DNA of 64,000 nucleotides from the IMG/VR virus record IMGVR_UViG_3300043024_000042. One strand, given 5' to 3'. This document shows positions 52,494 through 63,231 of the stretch, piece after piece. How positions within the stretch are numbered: position 1 is the first letter of the stretch; every line of letters begins with the position of its first letter. Under the pieces are notes generated by a model. That model searched no databases. It was not told where the DNA came from and saw only the letters and a list, made by a program, of their open reading frames with translations. The DNA is from a virus (taxonomy: Duplodnaviria; Heunggongvirae; Uroviricota; Caudoviricetes). Position numbers and translations under genes: made by a program.

Positions 52494-55400
52494 ATGGAAG
52501 GAACAAGTTTGGGTAATCTTTATTTCGAGCTGGGGATAAAGGATACCGCCACGCAGAACATTGACGGGGTTATCAAATCCCTGCAAGAGAAGCTGAAAGT
52601 CCTGGAGGTAGGAGGCTTGAAGTTCAAGGAAGGCTCTGTGAATGGACTAAAGAAGATGATTGAAGGAGGTCTGTACGGCCTCGAAGTTGCCGTTTCGCAG
52701 GACAGCATCGTATCAAGCATCAATAAGGCCATCAAGACAGGAGCGTTTTCATCCATCAACCTTAGAGCGTTCATCGCCGAGGATGAGTTCAATAAAATCA
52801 GCTCGCAAATCGAGGCTTTGAAAACAAAGGCTCAGGGTGTCGTTATCTCCGTCAAGAATGTGGGTGGTGGTGACGTAAACCTCAATCCTATCATCAACAG
52901 CGGAAAGCCGATAGAGTTGAAGGGTACGGCAAGTATTGTCGCTAACCTTGACGTAGAGGCCACCCGCGCGTCTCTGCAAGCGCAGCTCGCTAAAATAACC
53001 GGGTTGAAGGTTGATGTACAAGTCAATCCTATCACCCCTGCTGGTACTACTCCTTCCGCACCGGCTCGTCAGCGCACGCGCACCGCCGACAGTAATCAAC
53101 TCAATTTAAACTTCTCGGAGAAGGTAGTCACTTCATCTAAGAAGGCCGAACAAGCTTTCAGGCAGGAAGGTTCTGCCATAGAAATGCTTATCAGTGAGTA
53201 CGAACGATTGGAGGCGAGAAGAAAAGACCTCGACTCCTTATCGGAGGGGACCATCGAACCAAAGATGGATGAGACGGCTGCGAGGATTGAAGCCATCCGC
53301 AAGAAGATAAACGAGAATGTCAACGCTATCGGTCATGCGAACCAGCAAACCAAGAAGAGTCTCAAACCAAGCGTAAATATATCCGACCTAAAGAAGCAAA
53401 TTGAGCTTGACCGGGTTGAACTTGGAAAGGCTGAAATGGAGGCTGGCAAACTTGATAGACAGAATACTGACATCGAGCGGCAATTTAAGGTGATTGGGGA
53501 TCGAATAGCACAAATCCGCAAGATACTATATCCCGATGAAACGCTAAATTGGAACGCTAAATCAGCTGGCAATAGAGTTGCAAGTCTTGAAAAGAGTATA
53601 ATAACAGAAACTACGCTTTTGGATAAGGTGACAAAGGATATAGCCGAGTCACAGTCCAAACTTGACGCTCTGAAACAGAAAGGCTCGGGTAGCCGGGCAG
53701 AAGAAGCCAAACTCGAAGCTCTAATCAAGAAATCAGAGCGATACAAACAACAGCTCGAAAGGTACAAACTGTCGCTCGAAGAAGCGAAGCGCAAGAAAGC
53801 GGAAGCAGACAGCGCACTCGCGGACTTCGAGTACACCCGTTATGCTCCTACATCAGCAACCCCCTCTACTCCTACGCAAACCGCTCAGGTCTCCACCACC
53901 GTAGCGCAAAAGGAGAAGGAGGCAGCGAATGTTCAGAAAGAGGCTGCTCAGGCGAAAAAGGAAGCCGCGCAAAAGGAGAAGGAGGCGACATCTGAAAGCA
54001 CGAAGTCCGCTAAGGCAAAGTCTGATGCAGAGAAGGCGAACGAAGCAGCCATTAAATCCCGCATTGCCACCATCAAGAAGTATGATTCCACAATGGATAC
54101 CATGCGTCTGTCTATCGCACGCAAGGGTAAGAAACTCAATGACGAGTTGCGAGACTTTGCACGCGAGCGCTCGCGTATCTATCAGGAAACACTCAAACTC
54201 AATGGCGGGCGCGAGGCGATCAACGATTACTTGGTCGGCAGAAAGGAATCCATCGGGCTTGTTACATTGAAATCAAAATACGCTTACGATGCGAAAACCG
54301 CGGATGTGAGCGAGAAGTCCGCTGCAAAGGAGGAAGCGGCAGCAAGCAGACTTTCCGCCAAACTTATCGAGATAAAGGGCCGGATGTATGACCGTATGGC
54401 CAAGCTGGACGAAGCGGCAGCGGCAAAGACAGTAGCCATTCAGACCAGCCTTTTCATGCGTGCCGAGCGTATGCAGTGGCAGCAGTCAAACAAGTCGAGC
54501 GATATATCCGCTCGTGGCGGAAAGGTGTCTGTCTACGAGAGGAATGTGGCCCTGCTGGAAGAATTTCAAAAGAAATTGCTTGCCATCGAGTCTCTTGAAG
54601 ATGCGATGGCCGCAAAGAACACGTTTGCGCAGCTCTCGTCCAACATCCAGTCTACCACGAGCAATGCGGATAAGTTGAATCAGTCGTATATCCGCAACAA
54701 GGAGGCCATCGAAAAACTCGCTGTTGCTGCCCAATCCAGTTATGCGATAGCCGATGCAAGTGGCAAAACCGGTCTGAGCGCAGGCATAACGGCGGCATAC
54801 GAAGAGTTGAAGAAATTCAATGACAAGCTTGCAGACCCCTCCAAGTGGACCTCGATAGATACTCTCGGAAAGGAGTTTAACGATATTAAGCTGAAGATTG
54901 TCGCTGCGGAAGCCGAGTACGCCAAATTCAACAAGGGATTTATCTCCACCGACAAGGCTGTCGAGAAGGTGGATTCCGCACTTGTCAAACTTGCTAACAA
55001 GAAACGCGAGCTGGATAATTATAAAGGTACTCGTGGCGCGGAGTGGCAGAACGCGCTCAATGCCCTTAATGCTTATATCGCCAAACTTCAATCGTTGAGA
55101 TCGAGCGGAGATATTAACAGCAAGAGTATTGTCGGAAAAGCTACCGGTGTAGAATTACAGCAGGCCATCCTGAGAGTTAACCAATATCTTGATGCTCAGA
55201 AGCGCGCGGATACTGCCACGAGAGCATCTGCAAGTTCTCACGGAGTAGCGGAGAAGGCCATTAGAAAACATGCGGATGCAAATGCGAAGCTTAGCGCGAG
55301 CCTTAGCAAATCAGGTGGATTGTTACACCTTAACATCAATCTCATGCAGCAACTCGGCTCTATGATTGGTATGTACTTCTCTATATACACCTTGCAGCGT

Positions 55401-58400
55401 TTTGTTTCCGGCATCGCCCAAATCTATGGTGAGTTTGAGAAAACGAAGATTGCGTTAGGCTCCATCCTCAATGATACGGCAAGAGCAAATGAACTTTTCA
55501 ACGAACTAAAATCACTGGCGGTCCAGTCTCCCTATCAGTTTAAGGATTTGACCGGATTCGTTAAGCAGTTGTCGGCTTTCTCGTTCCCCGTGGATGAACT
55601 TTACGACACCACAAAGCGCCTCGCAGATATTTCTGCGGGTCTCGGTGTGGATATGGGCCGAGTCATTTTGGCCGTAGGCCAGGTCCGCAGCGCCGCGTAC
55701 CTCAGGGGTCAGGAATTGAGGCAATTTACAGAAGCTGGCATCCCAATGTTGGACGAACTTGCCAAAAAACTGACCGAGGTTAAAGGCCGTGTAGTAGAGA
55801 CCGGAGAAGTGTTTGATATGATTTCCAAGCGTCAGGTTCCCTACGAAATGGTGAAGGAAGTTGTTGACGACCTTACCAACGAGGGCGGTAAGTTCTACAA
55901 GATGCAGGAAGTATTGGCTGATTCTCTTGCCGGTAAAATCTCGAACCTTACCGATGCCTATAATATCATGCAGAATGAGATTGGCGAGATGGGCGCAGGC
56001 GGTTTCATGGGCAAGGGAGTGGATGCGTTGAAGCAAGTCATGCAGAATTGGAAAATGCTTGGCAATATCCTCTCGTCCGTCCTTGTCGGATATACTGCGA
56101 TTAAGATTGCTCAAATGTCCTACCACAAGAGTGCTGCCAGCGGTCTTGCCGAAGAGATAACCGCGAGAAATAAGATAATCCGTCTTGGAAATCTCGAGAA
56201 ACTTAATGTTTTAGGCCTTAAAGGAATTCATGGTGAGCGAGTTGTATTGCAACGCCAGGCTGTCAATGAAAAACTGAAAGAACTGATAAGTCAGGATAAG
56301 CTAACGGTCGGGGACCTTACGAGACTGCGCATCCAAAAGTTAATTACCAAAGAGCAGTACGAGCAAAACTTAGTTCTTCTTGGAGTGGGCAAGAGTTTAG
56401 CCAATCAAACCGCTGCTCTTTCCACAATGAAGTTGCGGTGGAGATTGATTGGCGCAAGCGTTGTGAATGGGTTTAAGAGCATGGTTAGCGGATTCGTGTC
56501 TTTATTCTCGTCTCCTGCGTTGTGGATTGGCGCAGGAATAACGCTTATTACCTCGTTATTGGAAAAATATGAGGCAATACAGCAAAAGAAAGAGCAACTT
56601 GTCAGTGACGCACGCGACATGGGTTCCGAAGCCATCAAGGATACTCGCAATGTGTTGGCGAGATCATTGACCGAAAAGGGCGGTGGAATTGAGTATGATG
56701 ATATTGTGAAGATTGACGAGAAGCAACTTAGCACCGAGATGAAAGGCAAAATCCTCAAAGCAGTTCAAGACCTCGAGGAAACCATCAAGAAACACTCCCC
56801 GATTGCAGCACAGCAGATATTCGATATCGAATCCATCGACAATGTAATCGAGCGTCTTGAAAAGGCGAAGGGTGTTGTAGAGGAAATCCAAAACCAAGCA
56901 AGATACTCGGAATATTATGGTGCAATCATAGCCGACCATTATAAGTTGGATGATAAGTTTAAGTCTGCTGCCGACTCGCGTACGGCCTTCCAAAAGGCCG
57001 CATTGAGTGTATCCGAGCAGGAAGTTGACAGATTCGTTAAGGCACTGAATGAGAAATTTGGCTCCTACGACAAGCGTGCGAAAGACGTCAGCGAAATTTG
57101 GAGTAATGGCGGCTCCATCCAGGACATCATTAAATATATCGCGGAAAACAGACAGCGTATCCCAAGCAGCCTGATGAGCGGTAATATGTTTTATGCAAGC
57201 AACATCTATGCGAGCATGGAGGCTATGCAGAAAGCGGCTCAAAAAGAATGGGGAAAGCTTTCTGACACCGCAATCCTGGCTGCGAACCGCGAGGGTCTTA
57301 CTGACGATGAGCGCAGGATGTGGCTGGAGAATTTCAAGAAGGCAGCGTTCACTGCGTTCCCGAATGTCGCACGTGACCCCGAGTTCGAGCGGCAACTTAC
57401 TTCTGTGTTCCAACAGAAGGCATTTGGTGTGTCCGATTCTTACATCAGCGATATTGCGACCGAGTATCTTAGTACTCTCACAACCACCGAGCAGCAAGTT
57501 CTTGATGTTCATAGCGAGCAGTTCAAGAAGCAATTCGCGTCATGGCTGGCAAAGACCAAGGGTATTGTTGTAACATCTGACGGGAAGGCTGTATCCGCCC
57601 CGTATAACTACGGAGAGCAGGCTGCATCCATTCAGTCCTTCTTTGATGGTAATATCCAAGCGATGTTTGACGCTCAGGAAGAAAAGGTTAAAGAGGTGCA
57701 GGATGAGATAAAGCAGGATTCCGCTCAATCACAGCCCGATTCAATCTGGGGGAAGAGCGGTTCTTTCAAGTCGAGCGTTGATGCCATCCTCGATAAAATC
57801 AACGATGGTACGACCGCTGCCGTTGAGGGTAAGACGGAGACAAACGCGCAGGCTGTTGCTGATGAAGTCAAGCGAGAATCTGAAAGTGCCGGTAGGAAGA
57901 ACCCGGATGAGATGCGCAAGGCTATTGCGAAGAGGATTGTAAGCCTTATCAACTCAGGTGATGAATCACTCCGCGTCATGCTTCGCAAATCCGGTATGTA
58001 TGATGATATTATGAGCCTTGGCAAGTCTGATATCGAGAAATTTATGGAAAACCAATGGAGGGAATATGCCGATAACGAGGATTTCTTCTCTTGGATACCT
58101 TTCTCGCAGCGCACCAACAAGCAGGTTGGTAGTGATGCAAAGGAGAAGATTCACACGGAGATAGGTGACTTCATCGAGAATATGTGGAATGATTATGCCG
58201 ATTGGGAGGAATTTTCCGCTTGGATACCTTTTGAGCAGCGTATTGATCCTGACAAGAGACAACCTAAGACCGCTAAAGAGCATATCCAAACTGAAATCGA
58301 GAATTATCTCGACAGCTCTTGGAAGTCCTATGCCAATAATATGGCTATCGGCGCTTGGCTGAAACCGTCTGATAGCGATGCGGCAAATAAGACATCTAAG

Positions 58401-61400
58401 GCCAAGCAGCGTGTAAAGTCTGATATAGAGACCTTCATTGAGAATATGTGGGCGGAATACGAGGATACTGAATACTTCAATAGCTTCCTCCCGTTTAGTC
58501 AGCGATTCTCGAACAATAGCCAGGTACAGAAGTTCAAGGAGAAGATTGCCGACAATGTGTCTAATTTTGTAGAGAATGTATGGGATACGTATGCCAAGGA
58601 TGCCACTGCTGGTGCATGGCTTTCTTACTATACCCCCAAGCCCGAGAAATCTCCCTACGAGACGATGCGTGACAAGGCCATCTCTGAATCCGTTAAGGTG
58701 TACAGGAACGGCAACAAGGATATTCTTGATATCATAAAGGGTGCTGATAATGGTATATACGAGGAAGTACGCAGTCAGGTCGAGGAAAAGGTTACTACCT
58801 ATGCGGAAAATGTTTGGGACGCTTACGCTACCACTCTCGCAAGCGGATGGGAGAGATATGCGGAGCAGGAAGCATCGAAGTCTAAGGCTCCAAAATCCAC
58901 CACCGTAGACAAGGTGAAGGATGAGATTGTTATGCAGGCAGACGAGTTTGTGGAGAATGTTTGGCAGTCGTACACGCAGCAAGCCTTTCAGTCCACTTTT
59001 GAAGTCGAGCCTAAGAAGGAGAAGCAAGTTACGGACCAAGTTGCGGAAACCGCGACAGAAAGTGTTGTTAATATCACCAATGCGGTGGTCGACACACTCG
59101 CCGGTGCAGAGCAGATTGCGGAGGATGTGGCTACCGATGGTCTGAATGAATATCTCCGTGCGATAGACGAAAAGCGTTCAAAGGATGCCTTGAAGGGTTG
59201 GAGGCGCGAGTTCATCGGCAACCTTGATCTGCGCAGCAATGACGATTTGTACGATGTTCTGAAAGCCGAAAATAGCGATATGGAATCAGTTATCAGTGGC
59301 TTGCAAAAGACATACGACAAAGGTAAGGCCACTATGGAGGCAATCAAGCCGGTCCTTGTAAAACTTAATGTGGACGTAGAAGCAAATTGGGGCGCGTACT
59401 CGGATGGCAACGGGCACTTTGACGTGGATAAGTTCATGCAGGATAACATACCCTTGCCAAGTCAGACGGACGATATGCGTGAGGCTATTACGGTTTACGC
59501 TGGTGGTAAGAAAAATGTCGAGCAAGCGCAGAGGGTTGCAAACGAAAACGGCATCACTCTTACAGACAAGGGCAAGTCCGGCTCTACTGCCGACAAGCAG
59601 CTCCAGGCATGGAAGAAACAATTCGATGCCTTGAAGAAAATCTACAACGATTACAAGTCGTGGCAGAAAGACCTTGGCAGACAGAGGGCGACAGAGTTGT
59701 TGCAGCAGAGCGGCATGACGAGCGAGGATATCGGTAATATCGCCACGTTTGACCCGGAGAAGATGCAGCAATACTTTGCCAAGATGAAGGAGCGCATCTT
59801 GAAGAACAAGATGAGTTCAGAGGAAAGAAAGTCCTTCTCCAACTCCCTTAACGAGTACGAGATTCAGTTGAAGGTAGAAGTGGAGCGCAACAGTTTGCAG
59901 GATGCTTTGAGCACCATCCGTATGGAACTTGAAAAATCCAGCAAGGAGTGGGGTATATACAAGACATGGTTCAATGCTACCGGTGACAAGAAGTTAGCCC
60001 AACAGATTGCTTTCGGTGGCTTTGTAGGCAACGACAGTTATGCCGATGCCTTGCGCGAGAAACTGAAATCCGAGTATGACAAGATTCAGAACCCGGAAAT
60101 AGCCTACGACCAACTTCTCACCACCAACGAAAAGACATTGAAGGAGAAGTTCGGTGAGTACACCACCCTGCTTGAAATCATCAAGAAGATTCAGGATGAG
60201 GATAATAAGTTGAAGGAGGAAAATGCCAACACCTTGCTTGAAATCATCAAGAATAACAAGAACTTCGAGCAGCAGCTTGCCGAAATCGAGCGTAATCGCG
60301 ACAAGGATTTGGGTCTGATTCAGAATGATGCGAACCTTACCCCGGGGGTAAAGAAGCAGTACGAGGAAGGTACAAACAAGAAGTATGACGAGCAGAGATC
60401 TAAGGTGCTCTTCGAGCAGTTCAAGGCTACTGAGAACTGGGCGGAGATATTCGACGATCTCGATAGAGTTTCGACATCCACCCTTGATTCCATGTATAAT
60501 AAGATAAAGGCGTTTGCAACTACCCAGGGTCTAACGGTGCAGGAAACCAAGGAACTTGTGTCTGCGATGTCTAAACTCCGTACAGAGGCCACCGACCGCA
60601 ATCCGTTCAAGGGATTTGCCAACGGCCTGCGCGATATCCGTGAATCCAAGGAGAATTTGCAGAGCCTGGATACCATTCTTCGCCAAATGAAGGCTGTGGG
60701 TACTGATAAATGGGTTCTTTCGTCCAATGTCGGAAGATTGAAGGCTGGTAGGACTTATACAAAGAAGGATATAGAACAAGAACAGCAGAACCAGCAGAAT
60801 GGCAATGCAGCAGGCAATGCAGAACTTGATGAAGCGACCACCAAGTTGATTAATAAGTTCCAAGCCCTCGCGGATGTATCCAATCAGCTTGCATCTCTCT
60901 TTGATTCGATGGGATTCGGCAGTGGATTCGGTGATGTGATGAGCGCGGCGGGTTCCGCTTTCAGTGCGGCAGGATCAACGGCAAGTAGTGCAACGGCTAT
61001 ATTCGGCCAAGGCGCGGGCATCTATGGCGCGGCTGCTGGCGCGGCTATCTCCATTGCAAGCACGCTGTTTAGCCTGCACGACAAGGCGCTCGACAAGGCC
61101 ATCAATGCCAGCAAGCAGAGAGTGGAAGAACTTCAATCCGCATACGACAAGCTGGAGGATTCCATCGGCCGTGCGTTTGGCGGTGGCAGCAGCTCTTTCG
61201 AGCGGGCCATCCAGTCCTACACGCAACTGCTCAACCAAACGTCCGCAATGAACGTGGAAATCTCCGACAGCTATAAGCGCGTGTACACGGCTATGACTGA
61301 CGGAGGCAAATCCTATATGGCCGAGCTTGTCAAGAATATCGCGACAAAGAATGGCTGGGAGGTCACTATCAGTCAGGAAGCCCTTAAAGCGTTGAAGTCC

Positions 61401-62300
61401 ATCGGCTCGGGTGAAATCAAGAACAAGGCTGGCGAGGTATACCGCGCAGAGTACGCAAGTCTTGTAGCCCAGCGTGCGGAGCTTGAATCGCAGATGCGCA
61501 ACGAGCAGGCGAAGAAGAAATCGGACAGTTCCGTTATCGAGGATTATGCCGACCAGATTGCCGACCTGAACGACCAGATTACCTACTTCGTCCAGGATCT
61601 TGCCGAAGAACTGTACGGCATCAACTTCGAGGATTGGTCCAGCCAGTTTAGCGACAGCCTTGTAAACGCTTTCCGTAACGGAAAAAACGCAGCGGAAGCC
61701 TTCAAGGAGACCGCCAACGATATCCTTGCAAGCGTGGCCAACGAGATGGTGAAGTTCAATATCATCGAGCCTATGTTTGAGGAACTGGAGGAAACGCTGT
61801 TCGGAACCATCGACGCAAACGGAAACCGCTCGGGCGGTGTGGCTACCATGGAGAATCTGTTTGACGCTCCCGAGAAGGTGGCAAAGGTTATCTCCGATTG
61901 GTTCAACACCAAGGGCACGGCAATGCTTGAAGAGGTTGATTCATTCCTGAATGTCTTTAACGACGCTACGGGCGGTGCGCTTACCGAGACGAGCAAGAGC
62001 GGTCTGTCAGCAAGCATAACGGGCATAACGGAAGATACCGCAGACCTGCTTGCATCTTATGTGAACGCTATCCGCGCCGATGTAAGCGTATTGCGCGCCA
62101 TGGCGACCGACTTCTATTACAAGACGATGCCCGATGTGACATCCTTGCTCGGCTCGCAGCTCGCCAGCCTGAAAGCGATAGAAGCGAACACTCTGCGCAC
62201 GGCAAATGGAGTAGAGGATATATTCGAGGTGATGAAGAGTACGAATGATACAATTCAGAAACTCACGAAGTCAGGAAGTGGAGTAAAACTTAATATCTGA
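52494..62300 (+). CDS. tape measure protein, 3268 aa
   Basis: Extreme length, pervasive coiled-coil (Ala/Glu/Lys-rich). C-terminal Gly/Ala-rich hydrophobic segment (GFGSGFGDVMSAAGSAFSAAGSTASSATAIFGQGAGIYGAAAGAAISIASTLF) typical of a TMP membrane region. Sits between the chaperone pair and distal tail genes. Confidence 0.7.
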   Translation: MEGTSLGNLYFELGIKDTATQNIDGVIKSLQEKLKVLEVGGLKFKEGSVNGLKKMIEGGLYGLEVAVSQDSIVSSINKAIKTGAFSSINLRAFIAEDEFNKISSQIEALKTKAQGVVISVKNVGGGDVNLNPIINSGKPIELKGTASIVANLDVEATRASLQAQLAKITGLKVDVQVNPITPAGTTPSAPARQRTRTADSNQLNLNFSEKVVTSSKKAEQAFRQEGSAIEMLISEYERLEARRKDLDSLSEGTIEPKMDETAARIEAIRKKINENVNAIGHANQQTKKSLKPSVNISDLKKQIELDRVELGKAEMEAGKLDRQNTDIERQFKVIGDRIAQIRKILYPDETLNWNAKSAGNRVASLEKSIITETTLLDKVTKDIAESQSKLDALKQKGSGSRAEEAKLEALIKKSERYKQQLERYKLSLEEAKRKKAEADSALADFEYTRYAPTSATPSTPTQTAQVSTTVAQKEKEAANVQKEAAQAKKEAAQKEKEATSESTKSAKAKSDAEKANEAAIKSRIATIKKYDSTMDTMRLSIARKGKKLNDELRDFARERSRIYQETLKLNGGREAINDYLVGRKESIGLVTLKSKYAYDAKTADVSEKSAAKEEAAASRLSAKLIEIKGRMYDRMAKLDEAAAAKTVAIQTSLFMRAERMQWQQSNKSSDISARGGKVSVYERNVALLEEFQKKLLAIESLEDAMAAKNTFAQLSSNIQSTTSNADKLNQSYIRNKEAIEKLAVAAQSSYAIADASGKTGLSAGITAAYEELKKFNDKLADPSKWTSIDTLGKEFNDIKLKIVAAEAEYAKFNKGFISTDKAVEKVDSALVKLANKKRELDNYKGTRGAEWQNALNALNAYIAKLQSLRSSGDINSKSIVGKATGVELQQAILRVNQYLDAQKRADTATRASASSHGVAEKAIRKHADANAKLSASLSKSGGLLHLNINLMQQLGSMIGMYFSIYTLQRFVSGIAQIYGEFEKTKIALGSILNDTARANELFNELKSLAVQSPYQFKDLTGFVKQLSAFSFPVDELYDTTKRLADISAGLGVDMGRVILAVGQVRSAAYLRGQELRQFTEAGIPMLDELAKKLTEVKGRVVETGEVFDMISKRQVPYEMVKEVVDDLTNEGGKFYKMQEVLADSLAGKISNLTDAYNIMQNEIGEMGAGGFMGKGVDALKQVMQNWKMLGNILSSVLVGYTAIKIAQMSYHKSAASGLAEEITARNKIIRLGNLEKLNVLGLKGIHGERVVLQRQAVNEKLKELISQDKLTVGDLTRLRIQKLITKEQYEQNLVLLGVGKSLANQTAALSTMKLRWRLIGASVVNGFKSMVSGFVSLFSSPALWIGAGITLITSLLEKYEAIQQKKEQLVSDARDMGSEAIKDTRNVLARSLTEKGGGIEYDDIVKIDEKQLSTEMKGKILKAVQDLEETIKKHSPIAAQQIFDIESIDNVIERLEKAKGVVEEIQNQARYSEYYGAIIADHYKLDDKFKSAADSRTAFQKAALSVSEQEVDRFVKALNEKFGSYDKRAKDVSEIWSNGGSIQDIIKYIAENRQRIPSSLMSGNMFYASNIYASMEAMQKAAQKEWGKLSDTAILAANREGLTDDERRMWLENFKKAAFTAFPNVARDPEFERQLTSVFQQKAFGVSDSYISDIATEYLSTLTTTEQQVLDVHSEQFKKQFASWLAKTKGIVVTSDGKAVSAPYNYGEQAASIQSFFDGNIQAMFDAQEEKVKEVQDEIKQDSAQSQPDSIWGKSGSFKSSVDAILDKINDGTTAAVEGKTETNAQAVADEVKRESESAGRKNPDEMRKAIAKRIVSLINSGDESLRVMLRKSGMYDDIMSLGKSDIEKFMENQWREYADNEDFFSWIPFSQRTNKQVGSDAKEKIHTEIGDFIENMWNDYADWEEFSAWIPFEQRIDPDKRQPKTAKEHIQTEIENYLDSSWKSYANNMAIGAWLKPSDSDAANKTSKAKQRVKSDIETFIENMWAEYEDTEYFNSFLPFSQRFSNNSQVQKFKEKIADNVSNFVENVWDTYAKDATAGAWLSYYTPKPEKSPYETMRDKAISESVKVYRNGNKDILDIIKGADNGIYEEVRSQVEEKVTTYAENVWDAYATTLASGWERYAEQEASKSKAPKSTTVDKVKDEIVMQADEFVENVWQSYTQQAFQSTFEVEPKKEKQVTDQVAETATESVVNITNAVVDTLAGAEQIAEDVATDGLNEYLRAIDEKRSKDALKGWRREFIGNLDLRSNDDLYDVLKAENSDMESVISGLQKTYDKGKATMEAIKPVLVKLNVDVEANWGAYSDGNGHFDVDKFMQDNIPLPSQTDDMREAITVYAGGKKNVEQAQRVANENGITLTDKGKSGSTADKQLQAWKKQFDALKKIYNDYKSWQKDLGRQRATELLQQSGMTSEDIGNIATFDPEKMQQYFAKMKERILKNKMSSEERKSFSNSLNEYEIQLKVEVERNSLQDALSTIRMELEKSSKEWGIYKTWFNATGDKKLAQQIAFGGFVGNDSYADALREKLKSEYDKIQNPEIAYDQLLTTNEKTLKEKFGEYTTLLEIIKKIQDEDNKLKEENANTLLEIIKNNKNFEQQLAEIERNRDKDLGLIQNDANLTPGVKKQYEEGTNKKYDEQRSKVLFEQFKATENWAEIFDDLDRVSTSTLDSMYNKIKAFATTQGLTVQETKELVSAMSKLRTEATDRNPFKGFANGLRDIRESKENLQSLDTILRQMKAVGTDKWVLSSNVGRLKAGRTYTKKDIEQEQQNQQNGNAAGNAELDEATTKLINKFQALADVSNQLASLFDSMGFGSGFGDVMSAAGSAFSAAGSTASSATAIFGQGAGIYGAAAGAAISIASTLFSLHDKALDKAINASKQRVEELQSAYDKLEDSIGRAFGGGSSSFERAIQSYTQLLNQTSAMNVEISDSYKRVYTAMTDGGKSYMAELVKNIATKNGWEVTISQEALKALKSIGSGEIKNKAGEVYRAEYASLVAQRAELESQMRNEQAKKKSDSSVIEDYADQIADLNDQITYFVQDLAEELYGINFEDWSSQFSDSLVNAFRNGKNAAEAFKETANDILASVANEMVKFNIIEPMFEELEETLFGTIDANGNRSGGVATMENLFDAPEKVAKVISDWFNTKGTAMLEEVDSFLNVFNDATGGALTETSKSGLSASITGITEDTADLLASYVNAIRADVSVLRAMATDFYYKTMPDVTSLLGSQLASLKAIEANTLRTANGVEDIFEVMKSTNDTIQKLTKSGSGVKLNI
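58040..59000 (+). repeat. about 7 degenerate tandem 45-aa repeats inside the tape-measure protein (F-[IV]-EN-[MV]-W-x-x-Y-A ... W-[IL]-P-F-x-QR)
   Basis: ENQWREYADNEDFFSWIPFSQR / ENMWNDYADWEEFSAWIPFEQR / ENMWAEYEDTEYFNSFLPFSQR / ENVWDTYAKD..GAWLSYY / ENVWDAYATT / ENVWQSYTQQAF. Confidence 0.55.
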
Positions 62301-62304
62301 TAAG

Positions 62305-62787
62305 ATGAATACTTTAAATAAAGAACTAAAGAATAAGGCTGTGTCCCTTGGCTTATGTGCCAAGTGGACCGGCGAATGGAATGAGAAGAACAAGGATGAG
62401 CTGTGTGAGATGTATGTCAGAGGCCTTGACTTCTGCATCGAGCATGACTATCCATCCTGCGAGTATATGCGCGAAAATTTCTCCGGGGTAATGGAGAAAC
62501 ACGGCATCTATGTGGATAAGGACTTTGATGAAGCGTTTGTTAATGGGATTGTGGTGCTTAACGGAAAGTGCAGTGGTGACATTATTGTAAAGGATTACGA
62601 TGTGGCCACCATCCACGTCCGGCACGATTCGTTTGTACGCATCACTGCTGCTGGCCATTCCAAGGTTTTTGTCAAGGTTTATAACGATGCTGTTGTGCAG
62701 GTTACGCAGGAGGGTAAGGCCAAGGCATATCTTTACACCAAGGGAGGTCAGTTCAAGACGGTTGGCGATGTGCTTGTAAGACAATGA
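62305..62787 (+). CDS. hypothetical tail-associated protein, 160 aa
   Basis: Directly downstream of the tape-measure gene. Confidence 0.35.
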   Translation: MNTLNKELKNKAVSLGLCAKWTGEWNEKNKDELCEMYVRGLDFCIEHDYPSCEYMRENFSGVMEKHGIYVDKDFDEAFVNGIVVLNGKCSGDIIVKDYDVATIHVRHDSFVRITAAGHSKVFVKVYNDAVVQVTQEGKAKAYLYTKGGQFKTVGDVLVRQ

Positions 62788-62919
62788 ACAACTCTTTGCC
62801 ATAGAGTTTCTATAAAGTAGAAGGGCGCGGTTCCATAATCGGTTCCGTGCCCTTTGAATATATAGGTACAAGAGTAGCCTAAATGAAAATCGCCTGCCTC
62901 ACGGCAAGCGACTTCCTGC

Positions 62920-62944
62920 TTAACCCTAAATTCAATGATATGAA
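62920..62944 (+). promoter_or_regulatory. plus-strand copy of the early-gene element (TTAACCCTAAATTCAATGATATG), followed only by a 3-codon ORF
   Basis: Matches the consensus TTAACCCCTAAAATTAAATGATATG. The ATG at 62942 reads ATG AAT TTA TAA. Confidence 0.4.
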
Positions 62945-63168
62945 TTTATAATAGTATCCTGACTGGGTGCTGCCCCAGGAAAGGCATACGGGTTAAACAA
63001 CGCTACAAAGGTAAGTAAAGTTTTCGACATATCCAAATTTTTCCGTATGTTGTATAACATAATATTTCCCACAAAAATATCCCATAAGTATGTGTAAGTG
63101 ACAAACTTTTGTTTATCTTTGCCAATGCAATAATACTTTTTCTATACTTATTGGTGAGGCATCAAGAG

Positions 63169-63206
63169 GCCCGTAGACGTGCAGCCACGTTTGCGGGCTT
63201 TTCTTT
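63169..63206 (+). terminator. rho-independent terminator candidate
   Basis: GCCCGTAGACGTGCAGCCACGTTTGCGGGC stem-loop followed by TTTTCTTTTT. Confidence 0.4.
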
Positions 63207-63231
63207 TTGTCCTGCCTAAACCTAAAAAGAG

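Noticed and set aside
56664-59039. Long minus-strand ORFs (289 aa and 357 aa) inside the tape-measure gene
   Set aside because: Antisense to a 3268-aa ORF with coherent coiled-coil composition. Leu/Ile/Phe-rich, as typical for the reverse strand of Lys/Glu-rich coding sequence.
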